A stretch of 64,000 bases of DNA from an uncultured Candidatus Saccharibacteria bacterium (GCA_964392095.1 CAYMOF010000001.1:12401-76400); one strand, 5' to 3'. Positions 1 to 10,779 are shown, counted from the first letter of the stretch. A program made the numbers and translations. Notes: a model not told the origin generated them from the letters alone.

Positions 1-1249
1 GGTAAATAAACCGGCTTGAATTTTCCACTATGATGTCCCGCCCGGAAAACAAATGCGTCATCACGGCCATCCCAATCACAGCCACCACATATAATCCTAT
101 TAAGCTTTTTCTTTTGTTTAAAATAAGCAAACTAACAAGTACCGCGATAGTCGCCGGAGCCAACCTCATACTTTCAAAAGCCGCGCTATAAGAAAAACCC
201 AATCTCCCCCAGGCAGCCTCACCAGACGACATAACCAGATAAAAAATAAGCCAAACGGCCGCCAAGACTGAAAAAATAATTTTTTTTACAGCTCCGGCCC
301 TTTCGTCACTCAAAAAAGTAAAGCCGAAAAACAAAACAATTATCGCCGCCGCTACCGCCCCCAAAACAGCGTTTGATAGAATAAGGGCAATTCCTAAAAA
401 GGACACCGCTAACACCCCGAGTAACTTGTTTTTAATTTTATCTTTTTCCAGCGAATACAACAGAGCAACCAACAAGATAAACATGCCCGTCAGGAAAAAA
501 TGACTTTGAGCATATACATAACCGTCCCAGGAAAGAGCCAAAACATATAAAATCAAAAACATTTGTCCTAAAACCAGTGCCTTCTCCGACCCCACCCCAA
601 GAAGATTACAGTTCCCTTTTCTCAATTCGGACAAATAAACACGGCACCATAAATAAAACACTGGCACGGCTATTACTACTTGGACAAAAACCAAAACGGG
701 AAGTAAATAAAACATGAAATATTCTCCTCCCCAGGCACCTAAAGCATCCGCGTAAGCAGCGTGCAGTAAAACAGGATACTCCAGCTCGCCGCCTCCGTTA
801 AAAGGATTGCCCACAACCAACCCATCCACCTCTCTGGACCGGTTAAAAAGGGACAAAAATGTGGTTGTATCTCCATTATAAAAACCGCTCATTATCCAAT
901 TTCCCCCATGCCAACCGTTGACAGCCAAAATTACCGCCGCCGCTATGGCCACAATAGCTATTCCCATTAACAAAGAAGCTTCTTTAAACCACCAATTTTT
1001 TTCAAATTTAATCCAGCGAAAATTTTTTATGCCGGCCAGCCACAAGCCCAACATAACAAAAGACCCAACCAGATATACGACTGTCTTGTCCATAAACTCC
1101 TCCAGTCCCCTAGCAGCCAAAGTGGACACTAATACTTGAGCCTCAAAAAAAATACCACCAGCCGCCACAAAAGTTAAAATCGTTTTATGTCGGAACAATA
1201 TTCCGCTAGCCAAAAAAGATGCCGCGCCAATTATTATGTAAGCTAACAT
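1..1249 (-). CDS. Partial (5'-complete, runs off window start) polytopic membrane protein. Possibly Wzy/O-antigen-ligase-like, function not assignable.
   Basis: Hand translation of the reverse strand from ATG (rc of 1247-1249) gives MLAYIIIGAASFLASGILF... with many hydrophobic helices (>=10 predicted TM) and no stop before position 1. It is absent from the ORF track, presumably because it is edge-truncated. The + ORF 918..1139 is its shadow. Confidence 0.4.
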   Translation of the reverse strand, partial: MLAYIIIGAASFLASGILFRHKTILTFVAAGGIFFEAQVLVSTLAARGLEEFMDKTVVYLVGSFVMLGLWLAGIKNFRWIKFEKNWWFKEASLLMGIAIVAIAAAVILAVNGWHGGNWIMSGFYNGDTTTFLSLFNRSREVDGLVVGNPFNGGGELEYPVLLHAAYADALGAWGGEYFMFYLLPVLVFVQVVIAVPVFYLWCRVYLSELRKGNCNLLGVGSEKALVLGQMFLILYVLALSWDGYVYAQSHFFLTGMFILLVALLYSLEKDKIKNKLLGVLAVSFLGIALILSNAVLGAVAAAIIVLFFGFTFLSDERAGAVKKIIFSVLAAVWLIFYLVMSSGEAAWGRLGFSYSAAFESMRLAPATIAVLVSLLILNKRKSLIGLYVVAVIGMAVMTHLFSGRDIIVENSSRFIY

Positions 1250-1353
1250 ATATAACCATTATACATTTTTATCTTTTTCAAATTTGATCTTTTCCTTTAC
1301 TAATTAATAAATAAAGCTATTAACTCTACTCTTAATAAGCCCTTTATTATTAT

Positions 1354-2097
1354 ATGTCCAACACTAATCCAATCAGCTTACTCATTCCCGCTTACAATGA
1401 AGCTGAACGTCTAGCTCCGTTTTTGGATTCCGTTGTCGATTATAACCAAACCCACCCATCACACATACATGAAATTATTATTATTGATGACGGCAGCACC
1501 GACAGTACTTACGATCTCGCCGCTTCCTACAGCGACAAACTCCCCGTTAGACTCCTCAAACACCAAAAAAATTCCGGCAAAGGCGCGGCCATTAAAACGG
1601 GAGTTTTTTCTGCCACTGCCGAATATATTGTTTTTACCGACGCCGACGGAGCCACGCCCATAACCGAGCTTTCTAAAATGCTTAGTGCTCTGCATGATCA
1701 TCAAATTGTCGTTGGCAACAGATGGATACCCGGATCAAAAACCGACCGCCATTCCCTATTAAGAAAATTATCCGGCTGGACCTACCGACAATACATGAAA
1801 TTTTACGGCTTGGGCCAAATCGACACGATGTGCGGCTTTAAAGGATACCATCGAAATGTAGCTCTTGATCTTTTCAAAGACCTAATCGATAACCGATGGC
1901 TATTCGACACCGAAATAGCCTACAAAGCGGTTCACCTGAACTACTCTATCACCAACATACCCGTCGAATGGGAATCAAAAGAGGGCAGCAAGCTATCGGC
2001 CTTCTCTTTGATAAAATCCGCTCTTGGCATTAGGCCTCTGCTCAAAAGGGTTGACAAAACACTTTCCATGAAATCTAATAACCACCAAAACAAATAA
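1354..2097 (+). CDS. GT2 polyprenol-phosphate glycosyltransferase (DPM1/GtrB/ArnC-like)
   Basis: Motifs LLIPAYNE, IIIIDDGSTD, KNSGKGAAIKTG, FTDADG (DXD) are typical of the GT-A Dpm1-like family. Divergently oriented from the upstream membrane protein. Confidence 0.8.
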   Translation: MSNTNPISLLIPAYNEAERLAPFLDSVVDYNQTHPSHIHEIIIIDDGSTDSTYDLAASYSDKLPVRLLKHQKNSGKGAAIKTGVFSATAEYIVFTDADGATPITELSKMLSALHDHQIVVGNRWIPGSKTDRHSLLRKLSGWTYRQYMKFYGLGQIDTMCGFKGYHRNVALDLFKDLIDNRWLFDTEIAYKAVHLNYSITNIPVEWESKEGSKLSAFSLIKSALGIRPLLKRVDKTLSMKSNNHQNK

Positions 2098-3269
2098 TGA
2101 AAATAATCTTTATCACATCACAATCAGCCGGCGGATCAACTGTCATCGGCCGCATTATCCCTCTCGCTGAGGAATTTAGCCATTTCCACGAAACATATGT
2201 CTTTCTCCTTAAAAACCGTTTGTCTTCGAACAGTTCAACCGACTCCTTCAAAATTAATACTCGCTACACAGGTTTTGAGCCTTTTACTCGAAGCTCTAAA
2301 GGCAAAAAAAGACTGTCTGGTTTAAAACTGTATTCTAACCTCGCCTCAATTATTATCCGGACATTTATTGCCTTAATCTCAATTCATCCCGACTTTATAA
2401 TAATTTCAAAACCTCTCCCTCACAATGTACTTCCCGCCTGGCTCTACTCCTTAATAAACAGAAAAACCAAAATAATATCCGACGTGGATGATTATGAGCT
2501 TAGCGCCAATGTTTTAAATTCAATAACAGCCCGCATTCCAATCCATTGGTCGGAACGACAAGCTGGGCGTATTTCGGACACCATAATAACCGCTTCGCCT
2601 TTTCTGCAAAACCACTTTAAGTTTCTAACAGGAAAAAAAAACATATTTCTAATACCTACTGGTTGCTATCCCGTTACGCCGCCTGTTCCGTCAACTATCA
2701 AAAATTCATCCTCATATAACATCCTCTATATTGGTAGTTTAACATCAAGCTCCGGACACAAGATCGAGCTGTTGCCACCCATTCTAAAAAAAATTTTGGA
2801 TAAAAAAATTTCCGTCACGCTTCATATAGCCGGATCCGGAGACGATGAAGATCAACTAAAATCGCTGCTTAAACAGCTCAATATTAACAACCACTGCCAA
2901 TACCACGGCCACTTCGAAAAAAAACAATTACCGAAAATCACTAAAAACATTAACGTTATAGTTGATCCCATTGACTCTTCCGTAAACGCTCGAGCTAAAA
3001 GCAGTTTCCGGGTCTGCCTGGCTCTGGCCTACGGAATACCTGTCGTTACTAGCAACGTCGGTATTAGACCCCATTTAGTTCCCCCCTCATTTCATAACCG
3101 ATTTTTTGCCCAACCGAACGACCCCTCAGACTACGCGGAAAAAATATTCTTCCTTTTAACAAACTCCTTATCAGAACAAGAAAAGTCAGCCCTTATAAAA
3201 CATTCCCATAAATATCTCTGGCCCCAATTAGCCTCCGACTACATGAAAAAAATTAATCTGTCATCTTAA
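2097..3269 (+). CDS. GT-B glycosyltransferase, GT4-like
   Basis: C-terminal CLALAYGIPVVTSNVGIRP matches the GT4 donor-binding region. Its ATG overlaps the stop of the upstream gene (ATAATGA). Contains an A9 tract at 2633-2641. Confidence 0.6.
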   Translation: MKIIFITSQSAGGSTVIGRIIPLAEEFSHFHETYVFLLKNRLSSNSSTDSFKINTRYTGFEPFTRSSKGKKRLSGLKLYSNLASIIIRTFIALISIHPDFIIISKPLPHNVLPAWLYSLINRKTKIISDVDDYELSANVLNSITARIPIHWSERQAGRISDTIITASPFLQNHFKFLTGKKNIFLIPTGCYPVTPPVPSTIKNSSSYNILYIGSLTSSSGHKIELLPPILKKILDKKISVTLHIAGSGDDEDQLKSLLKQLNINNHCQYHGHFEKKQLPKITKNINVIVDPIDSSVNARAKSSFRVCLALAYGIPVVTSNVGIRPHLVPPSFHNRFFAQPNDPSDYAEKIFFLLTNSLSEQEKSALIKHSHKYLWPQLASDYMKKINLSS

Positions 3270-3271
3270 AT

Positions 3272-5596
3272 ATGATTTTTATTAAAGCCCTCATTGCTTG
3301 TGCTTTTCCTGTTTTTACCTTATTTTTTCCCGGCCTATTCATATTCAAACAACCACGTTCAATTAACGGTCTTTTTTCTCATCACTCGAAATCATTTATC
3401 TTTAATACCTCTTTTCTATTACTACTAACCCTCCTGTTAACCTTGCTGAAACTCCCCGTCTGGTTTTTTCTAATTACTTCTCTGCTCACCACCGCCCTTT
3501 TTCTTTTCACAAACAGAAAAGAAATTATCAATTATAAAACATTGTTTCTGCAAGCTTCGTTTCTCACCCTGTTCTTGCTAGCTTACCTGCTTTTTTCTTT
3601 TCCCTTTCTCTCCTACCATGTCGGGATGCCAACTGGCGACTCCCAGAAATCAATTTATTGGGCTGATAATATACTAGCCAACACTTCCCTGCCTAATTAT
3701 AAATCTTCCCTTGAGAAACTGAATCGAGATCCGGTGGATTTTTTCACTCCCGGTCTGCACACTGCAACCGCCTATCTAATGAGCCCCTATCGGTCAAGCG
3801 ATATTCGTTTTATGACGATAGGCTTTTACTCAATCGCCGCCTGTCTGGCTATAGCCACAGTGTGTATAAACTTAGCCAAAGAAATAATACCCGCCCCCCA
3901 CAGATTTTTGAGCCTGCTTTTAACTCCTCTTTTTCTACTTTCTAACCCGGCCTTTTTACGCTACTTGCGCGAACCTGGTTATCACTACCAGAACATAATC
4001 GGTGAGCTACTTACGTTTGGTTTGTTGCTTCTTGCAATACAAGTGTTCACCAGGCTAAATCGGACAAATCTGTTTCTTTTTGTGATTTCCTGCCTGGCTC
4101 TTATTTCCGCTCATCAATTTTCCTCTTTTATAACAATCTTTATCTTGTCCCCCCCATTGTTAATACTTGTCGCTTCTCGCCGAAAACATATATTAAAATT
4201 GATTCAACAAAACAAATTATTCTCATTCTCTGTTGCCATCTTTCTGGTAATGAGCGCCACTTTTCTTTTTAGCCTTAATCTGCACGATAAAATACCTCAT
4301 TTGTTTAATCTCAATCCCCACCTCAAAAACCTCACTCCCGGCCCAGACAAATATTTCCACGTTTTTGGAGCAGCCTGGTTTATATCAGGCGTATTTGGTC
4401 TAATTCTGCTTTCGCTTCCTCTATTCAGAAAGACCCGCCTCCCGCGATTAGCCTTTATTATCTCAACTTTTACTCTACTTCTTCTGTCTCAAGGACCGCG
4501 TTTATACATAGACATTCCTCCCGTTAGAGCGGCCTACTACCTCATTGTTCCTTTAAGTATAACCGGAGCTTATTTTTTCTCTTTCCTTTTGAATAAAACC
4601 GGATTGCTAAAAAGGAAATTTTTTTTAAGAATTTCCCTCGCCGCTATCATAATTCACCTTTCCTGTTCAGGCCTGGCCCAAGCCTACAATCTTTCTCACC
4701 AGGTCAGAACCAACTCGACTCTCATTCCTGAATATATAAACGCTATTAATTACCTCAATCAGTTTTCCGAAGGAGCCGTTTTAATCGATGATTACAACCG
4801 CAGATCAGCGTCCTGGTTGATGCTCTCCGGCTTAAACACTTATTCTAGAATTTCGGCTGATCTAAAAAGACAAATGCAGGAAGCCTCGCAGTCAGACACT
4901 CGCTATTCGCTCTATCTTAAACAACTGGACTACGAAAAGATATTTTCCCTGGGAAGCAAGCCCATATCGAAATATTTATTAGATAAACATTCTATCAACT
5001 GGATTACCGGCATAGACAATTCAAGTTCCACCAGCCTTGAATTCAATCCGGCGCTCATTAAAACCATCGAAGCGAACACGGTCAATCTTTACCATGTCAA
5101 AAAACAGGTTGACCAATCCCTCAATCAAAAAAACAAAATTTCCAACTGGCTTCTTAAAACCAGCACCTTGGTAAATGATATTGGCGACCGGGAAGATACT
5201 TACAAACACCTCCCGGCCAGCCTTCGAACAACCCGCCTTTCTGATCCTATAATTAAAGACGATCTAACCTATCGCACTTCTTCTGCTCCGATTATTCCTC
5301 TTTACTTCAACATAAATGATTACGTTTCTTTATTATGGAACAAAGAAGGCACCAGCCAACCAGATACCAGCGTCGAGCTGTATATTTCAGCCCCCAACAA
5401 CAGTTCATATCCATTAACAGTCTCAACTCCAAACAATAATGAATATGTCTTGACTTCAGAAAAACCCACCGTAAAAATTCCTCCCGCTCACGTTCCCATA
5501 AACAATCAGGGTTTTATTGTTATTAATATCTTGAACCCCCAGCAATTACCCGTATCTTTAGATCTTATAGCCCTGGGTTTAGCAAAAACCCCTTAA
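3272..5596 (+). CDS. Large polytopic membrane protein with ~250-aa C-terminal soluble domain. Candidate GT-C-fold glycosyltransferase.
   Basis: About 12 hydrophobic helices followed by a hydrophilic C-terminal domain. This architecture resembles lipid-carrier-dependent extracytoplasmic glycosyltransferases. No specific family motif recognised. Confidence 0.35.
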   Translation: MIFIKALIACAFPVFTLFFPGLFIFKQPRSINGLFSHHSKSFIFNTSFLLLLTLLLTLLKLPVWFFLITSLLTTALFLFTNRKEIINYKTLFLQASFLTLFLLAYLLFSFPFLSYHVGMPTGDSQKSIYWADNILANTSLPNYKSSLEKLNRDPVDFFTPGLHTATAYLMSPYRSSDIRFMTIGFYSIAACLAIATVCINLAKEIIPAPHRFLSLLLTPLFLLSNPAFLRYLREPGYHYQNIIGELLTFGLLLLAIQVFTRLNRTNLFLFVISCLALISAHQFSSFITIFILSPPLLILVASRRKHILKLIQQNKLFSFSVAIFLVMSATFLFSLNLHDKIPHLFNLNPHLKNLTPGPDKYFHVFGAAWFISGVFGLILLSLPLFRKTRLPRLAFIISTFTLLLLSQGPRLYIDIPPVRAAYYLIVPLSITGAYFFSFLLNKTGLLKRKFFLRISLAAIIIHLSCSGLAQAYNLSHQVRTNSTLIPEYINAINYLNQFSEGAVLIDDYNRRSASWLMLSGLNTYSRISADLKRQMQEASQSDTRYSLYLKQLDYEKIFSLGSKPISKYLLDKHSINWITGIDNSSSTSLEFNPALIKTIEANTVNLYHVKKQVDQSLNQKNKISNWLLKTSTLVNDIGDREDTYKHLPASLRTTRLSDPIIKDDLTYRTSSAPIIPLYFNINDYVSLLWNKEGTSQPDTSVELYISAPNNSSYPLTVSTPNNNEYVLTSEKPTVKIPPAHVPINNQGFIVINILNPQQLPVSLDLIALGLAKTP

Positions 5597-5611
5597 CCTC
5601 GTCCAATCCCT

Positions 5612-7066
5612 ATGCAATCTCGCGTTTCTGGAGCCGTGTCTCTCACTTTTGCCCAAGCCGTCCTTCTAATTTTGGGATGGGTTACTCACCCTTTAATAGG
5701 ACGTCTTCTAGGCACGGCCGCTTACGGCATATATGGGGTTGTTCTGTCTGTCCAAAGCATCATCGGCCTTTTTCTTACTCTGGGCGTGCCAATCGCTATA
5801 TCCAGATATGTCGCCCAAGATCCCCAGCACGCCAAAAACACGCTCCAACAGGGACTAAAAATTCAAATATCCCTGGCCTTTCTAATCTCAATCATTACCT
5901 TTTTTATTAGCCCTATTATGGCCCAGGCCCTCGGAGACCCCTCTCTCACTCCTTATTTTAGATTTATTTCTCTTGTCGTTTTCGTACAATCCGGTTATCC
6001 CGTCTTTGTTCAATATTTCAGCGGACTTCACCTTTTTAACAAACAAGCTCTTTTAACTGTAATTTATGCCATCATTAAATTAGGCGCGGCCATTTCTCTG
6101 ATCTTTGTTTTTAACATATATGGAGCCTTCAGCGGATTCGCCATCGGGGGACTGATTGCCGCTTTTTTGGGTTACTTATGGTCCAAAAATCTCGGCGGCC
6201 GATTAACCAAACGCTTGCCGTTAAACTCTTTCCTTTCTTTTGCCAGCTCTTACGTTTTTATTCTTTTTGGCCTTCAGCTTCTCATCAGCCTGGATCTATT
6301 TATGGTCAAAGCCCTTCTTAAAGACAATGTATCCGTCGGCTATTACAACGCTTCTGTCACACTGTCACGCATCCCTTACCTGCTCCTCCAGGGACTTTCC
6401 TTCGTACTATTACCCAGTGTTTCCTCGCTAACAAAACCCGGGGCTTCCCACACCAAGGCCGTTAGGTTTATAAGCAACACCCTACGCTATCTTATTGCCA
6501 TAATCGTGCCGGGAGCAATGCTGGCGGCCACCACCAGCAAAAACCTCATCATACTTTTTTTCAGCACAGATTACCTGCCCGCGGCCAGCAGCCTGACTAT
6601 CCTTATGATCGGTCTCAGTACTCTGGCTTTTTTTCTGTTGTTAGCCAATATTATTGCCGGCGCCGGCCGTCCTTTAATTGCCTTGTTTACAACATTACTC
6701 ACCTTGGTCATTAGCGGTCTCTTGGGTTACATCCTCATTCCGTCTTTTGGCATATACGGAGCCGCGTGGCAAACAACCATCGCCAGTCTTATCGGCTTGC
6801 TTATTCTTTCCATCTATACCTTCAAATCATTTAATATCCCCCTTCCTTTAAAGAGCGCCTTTAACATCACTATCGCTTCTGGACTGGCTGTAATCCCCAC
6901 CTACATATGGTCTGTCCCTCCGCTTCTCTTACCTGCTCAATACCTGGTTCTTTTTTCCTTATACGCGCTTGCCTTGCTCTTCCTCGGAGAAATAAAGAAA
7001 TCAGATATTGACCTCATAGCAAACTCTCATCCGCTTTTTAATAAATTATTATCACGCCTTAAATAA
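5612..7066 (+). CDS. Wzx-like polysaccharide flippase (MOP superfamily, polysaccharide biosynthesis protein family)
   Basis: 484 aa, about 12-14 TM. The N-terminal pattern VSLTFAQAVLLILGWVTHPLIGRLLGTAAYGIYGVV is typical of Wzx/PST family proteins. Confidence 0.7.
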   Translation: MQSRVSGAVSLTFAQAVLLILGWVTHPLIGRLLGTAAYGIYGVVLSVQSIIGLFLTLGVPIAISRYVAQDPQHAKNTLQQGLKIQISLAFLISIITFFISPIMAQALGDPSLTPYFRFISLVVFVQSGYPVFVQYFSGLHLFNKQALLTVIYAIIKLGAAISLIFVFNIYGAFSGFAIGGLIAAFLGYLWSKNLGGRLTKRLPLNSFLSFASSYVFILFGLQLLISLDLFMVKALLKDNVSVGYYNASVTLSRIPYLLLQGLSFVLLPSVSSLTKPGASHTKAVRFISNTLRYLIAIIVPGAMLAATTSKNLIILFFSTDYLPAASSLTILMIGLSTLAFFLLLANIIAGAGRPLIALFTTLLTLVISGLLGYILIPSFGIYGAAWQTTIASLIGLLILSIYTFKSFNIPLPLKSAFNITIASGLAVIPTYIWSVPPLLLPAQYLVLFSLYALALLFLGEIKKSDIDLIANSHPLFNKLLSRLK

Positions 7067-7068
7067 CC

Positions 7069-7653
7069 ATGATTAGTCGCCGACCAATAATCATATTAAG
7101 CCTAATTATAATCGCTTTCACCGTCCTCCCGCTCATCTGGTTTACCTCCAAAACATCAATCAAGGTCGGCTCATTAGAAAACATAAAAGGCATACCTTTT
7201 GCCGCTCATAACAATTCTGTACTAATAACAGAAGAATTAGCCCATACTGACATTTACTTAAACAAATCCATTTTCGCCAAACAGGCAAAAATAAAAATTA
7301 CTTTTACCCCCCTAAAAACCTCATCTATTTCAGTGGGCATACGCGAAAATCCGTTTTGGTTAAGTTATACTCAATATCCCCTTTACAATTCATCAGCTAA
7401 CAATTCCCAAAACGATAAAATCCGAGCCGAAGCCACCATACCCCTAACCGATAAACTTACCGACAAAGACGGTTTTTTAGACATGATGATTTTTTCTAAC
7501 TCGCCCAACCTCTCTATTGCCGGCCAACCACACCCGGACTTCACTTATTGGTTATTGCACGATCTTGAAATCAACGTTGAGCCTGTCGTGCCTTCACGTC
7601 TAGAAGCTAAAGATTTTATCTTATCAATATTTAAAAACGAGAAACCAATATAA
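7069..7653 (+). CDS. Hypothetical membrane-anchored protein (N-terminal TM plus extracytoplasmic domain)
   Basis: Single N-terminal hydrophobic helix (IIILSLIIIAFTVLPLIWF), no recognisable motifs. Tightly packed in the operon. Confidence 0.3.
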   Translation: MISRRPIIILSLIIIAFTVLPLIWFTSKTSIKVGSLENIKGIPFAAHNNSVLITEELAHTDIYLNKSIFAKQAKIKITFTPLKTSSISVGIRENPFWLSYTQYPLYNSSANNSQNDKIRAEATIPLTDKLTDKDGFLDMMIFSNSPNLSIAGQPHPDFTYWLLHDLEINVEPVVPSRLEAKDFILSIFKNEKPI

Positions 7654-7661
7654 ATTATTTT

Positions 7662-9170
7662 ATGAACAATAGTCTCCGCAAACTCAAAAACCCCCTCTTT
7701 TTTATAGTTGTCCTATTACTGCTGGTTGCCAGTATTCCTATCCTTAACACCAAGGTAGATAGAATATCAGCCAACCTTAAACCCGACGAAGGAATAATAA
7801 ACGGACAGGTATTAAAAAAAGCTACCAGCTACCGTCAATCATTCCTTGTTAACACTAAAAACATTTCCAAGATCGGCTTCCACCTTAGATATACCGTCAC
7901 CACCCCCCCCATTGGCAACCTTTCCATTAACATTTTAAGAAATAAACAAATCATTTTTTCCCAAACAGTTAATTCATCTCTAATTGACTCTGCCGGTCCC
8001 ACCTACGTTAAAATCAATCCTCCAATCAAAACCTCCCCCGGTGAAAAACTGTCAGCCGAGATTTTGGTTTCTAAAGAACTAAATCAGGTTTTAAGAGCCC
8101 AACACCGCCATCTGGACAAGTCTTTCAACCCCAAAACGACTACTTTTTATATAAACGACGTTCAGCAACCTAGCCCTCTTGCCTATCAAACACTTTACTC
8201 CCACACGCCTCCTCTAGCTTTGCAACTTGGCTGTCTCCTTATTTTCACATCTCTGGCCGCCCTTTTAATAAAAATATTCAAGCTTCCTCAAGAGCTTTTC
8301 ACTCATCCTTTCTCCTCCATAATTCTTAAAAAAATATCTCCCGGAAAAAGAACTGCTTTCGCCCTCCTGATTTTATCTTATGTCTTAACCGCCCCCGCTT
8401 TATTTCTTTTTTCAATAAAGGGAAACGCCAATCAACTATTAACTATTTATTTTTATTCAGTTGCCGTTCTCTCCTTATTTATCTTCATCTCCTGTAAAAA
8501 AAATCTAGCTATGGTTCCCGCGCTCTTTGGTTCTCACGCTCTCGCCTTCTCCAGCTGGTATCCCCTTCAAGTTCTTTCCAGCAAGCCCCGTCTAGCCGTT
8601 ATTACCATCGCCCTTCTCTTTATTGTCGCCCTTTTGCCTATCCGCAAAACAGCTCCTCAATTCAGTGCGCTCTCAAGCTCTCTTCTTCTTATTATTCTCT
8701 TATTGCTTATAAAACTCTCTTTTATTGAGCCCGGAGTCACCTCTAATGTCCGAGATATCTTTCTCGACCCCAACCAGTCTATCATGGCCGACAAAAAAAA
8801 CAGCTTGAGCTGGAACAATTACGGCAGTTATATAGGAATTATCCCTGCGTTTTTTGCGTTTGCCGGAATTTTTTTTCATCATAAGAAATTTCTGCCTGTT
8901 CTTACCATAGGTCTTGTCGGATTAGCCCTGGCCACCATCTCTCCCATTACCGCTTTTTTTAACCAATTTTTTCCCCTGCCCGGACAAAACTTGTCCATAC
9001 TGATAACTATGTCCTTAAGCTTTTTTGCGGCGATAGGATTACAGTCTTCTATGAATTTCTTCAACCCCGGAAAATATAAATTTCAAAGCGGCCTTATTCT
9101 TTTACTTTTTTCTCTTATCACCATAATATCTCTCCTCGATATCTGGCATGTATCAGCCACTATCCGATAA
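7662..9170 (+). CDS. Hypothetical polytopic membrane protein (N-terminal TM, ~170-aa extracytoplasmic domain, C-terminal multi-TM region)
   Basis: Topology inferred from hydrophobic segments. Could be a polymerase/ligase-type protein but no motif support. Confidence 0.3.
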   Translation: MNNSLRKLKNPLFFIVVLLLLVASIPILNTKVDRISANLKPDEGIINGQVLKKATSYRQSFLVNTKNISKIGFHLRYTVTTPPIGNLSINILRNKQIIFSQTVNSSLIDSAGPTYVKINPPIKTSPGEKLSAEILVSKELNQVLRAQHRHLDKSFNPKTTTFYINDVQQPSPLAYQTLYSHTPPLALQLGCLLIFTSLAALLIKIFKLPQELFTHPFSSIILKKISPGKRTAFALLILSYVLTAPALFLFSIKGNANQLLTIYFYSVAVLSLFIFISCKKNLAMVPALFGSHALAFSSWYPLQVLSSKPRLAVITIALLFIVALLPIRKTAPQFSALSSSLLLIILLLLIKLSFIEPGVTSNVRDIFLDPNQSIMADKKNSLSWNNYGSYIGIIPAFFAFAGIFFHHKKFLPVLTIGLVGLALATISPITAFFNQFFPLPGQNLSILITMSLSFFAAIGLQSSMNFFNPGKYKFQSGLILLLFSLITIISLLDIWHVSATIR

Positions 9171-9182
9171 ACCGCTTCTAAA

Positions 9183-10763
9183 ATGTCCGAATCTTCCCTA
9201 AAAAAAGAACAGATCCAAACTTCAAAATTTGCCGGCCTCATCGGCTTAACCGCGCTGGGAGGCGCCTTGCTTGGATTTTTCTTACAATTAGCCGTCGCTT
9301 ACTTTTTTGGTGCCTCATATAAAACGGACGCGTTTTTTATGGCCATGTCTACTTCAGAGCTTCTTTCCAAACTACTGCTGGGAGGCTCAATCACGGCCGT
9401 TTTCCTTCCTGTTTTCGTAAACAAAATATCCCGCCAACGGGATAAAGAAGCCTGGTCCCTAGCTCTAAACCTAATCCACCTTACCATCATTGTAATGTCT
9501 TTCGTTCTTGTTCTCCTGGGCGTTTTCACCCGCCCCTTTGTCAACTTTATTGCTCCCGGTTTCGACGAGCAAACCACCTCCTTAACAACAAACATGCTAC
9601 GCCTTTTACTTCCCTCATTTTTGTTCCTTTTTCTAATAGAGCTCGGTACATCCATGATGCACTCCCTTCGCAGATTCACTATACCGGCCTTCCTGCGAAT
9701 AATAGCCCCCTCTACATCCTTAATAATCCTGCTTACTTTCTACAAAATCATCGGTATTTATGCTCTGGCCGTCGGCGCTTTAACCAGCTCTGTATTACAA
9801 CTAGTCCTTCTTTATTATGGTTTGCGCAAAAACGGTCTAGCTTACCGCTTTGTATTTAATCCTCTCCACCGCGATATTAAACACATTTTTTATTTAGTTT
9901 ATCCATTTGCAATTTCCGTCCTAGTTACACAAATGGCGGGTATTGTCTATCGAATCCTCGCTTCTGAACTATCCGAAGGAAGCCTTGCTTCACTCAAATT
10001 CGCCGAGAAAATCACCCAAATGATAACCATTATCTTCTTAACATCCATTACTATGGTTATCTATCCCAACCTATCCCGAAAAGCGTCGTACAAAGATTAT
10101 AACGGGATGCGCGACACCATTGCTTACGCTATCAGGTTAATCATTCTTCTAATCTTGCCCATCACTATCGGTGTTATCATGCTTCGCCTTCCCCTGGTCT
10201 CTTTTATTTACCAACGAGGGTCTTTCACGGCTGAAGACGCTTACTTAACCAGCACTGCTCTCCTGTTTTTGGTTATTGGCCTAACCACTAACGGCATAAG
10301 CTCTGTTCTCGGCCACGCTACCCTCGCTCTTCAAAAAACGAGAGTGGCCGTGGCCGTAAGTTGCGCTTCCCAAGCAATAGCTATATTCCTATTTATAATT
10401 CTTACCCCAAAAATGTCCCTCGCCGGACTCGCTTTAGCTTCTTCTCTTGTCCCAATAGCCACCGCCATTCTTTATGCGCTTCACCTTAAAAATCACATCA
10501 GCAATCTACTCTCCGTATTCACCGGTTCTTTCTACAGCAAAACTTTATTTCTGGCAATTGTTCTCGTAATTGCGCTTCACTTTTCTTTGCTTTTCTGTAA
10601 TTTCCCCCAATTTCCCCCGCAAACAGCTCTATTCCTAAAAATTCTAATACCGTCCATTATCGGAACTTTTGTTTTCTTTGGAGGAGCATACATACTACAC
10701 ATATCAGAAATTAGAGATCTAACGACCATCCTCGGTCGCAAATTATTAAAATATCTTACTTAA
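9183..10763 (+). CDS. MurJ/MviN-family lipid-linked oligosaccharide flippase
   Basis: N-terminal LQLAVAYFFGASYKTDAFFMAMS...LLLGGSITAVFLPVF matches the conserved MurJ signature (YFGAS..DAF). 526 aa, about 14 TM. Confidence 0.7.
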   Translation: MSESSLKKEQIQTSKFAGLIGLTALGGALLGFFLQLAVAYFFGASYKTDAFFMAMSTSELLSKLLLGGSITAVFLPVFVNKISRQRDKEAWSLALNLIHLTIIVMSFVLVLLGVFTRPFVNFIAPGFDEQTTSLTTNMLRLLLPSFLFLFLIELGTSMMHSLRRFTIPAFLRIIAPSTSLIILLTFYKIIGIYALAVGALTSSVLQLVLLYYGLRKNGLAYRFVFNPLHRDIKHIFYLVYPFAISVLVTQMAGIVYRILASELSEGSLASLKFAEKITQMITIIFLTSITMVIYPNLSRKASYKDYNGMRDTIAYAIRLIILLILPITIGVIMLRLPLVSFIYQRGSFTAEDAYLTSTALLFLVIGLTTNGISSVLGHATLALQKTRVAVAVSCASQAIAIFLFIILTPKMSLAGLALASSLVPIATAILYALHLKNHISNLLSVFTGSFYSKTLFLAIVLVIALHFSLLFCNFPQFPPQTALFLKILIPSIIGTFVFFGGAYILHISEIRDLTTILGRKLLKYLT

Positions 10764-10779
10764 CTAACTAAACCTGCTT

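Noticed and set aside
918-1139. 73-aa + strand ORF near the window start
   Set aside because: Sits inside and antisense to the long minus-strand membrane-protein ORF that runs off the window edge.
1433-1704. Two short ORFs (+ and -) inside the GT2 gene 1354..2097
   Set aside because: Alternative-frame shadows. The GT2 frame carries the complete Dpm1-like motif set.
9299-9679. 126-aa minus-strand ORF inside the MurJ-like gene
   Set aside because: Antisense to a strongly supported membrane-protein frame. A K/R-rich artefact of the reverse complement of the Phe/Leu-rich sense strand.
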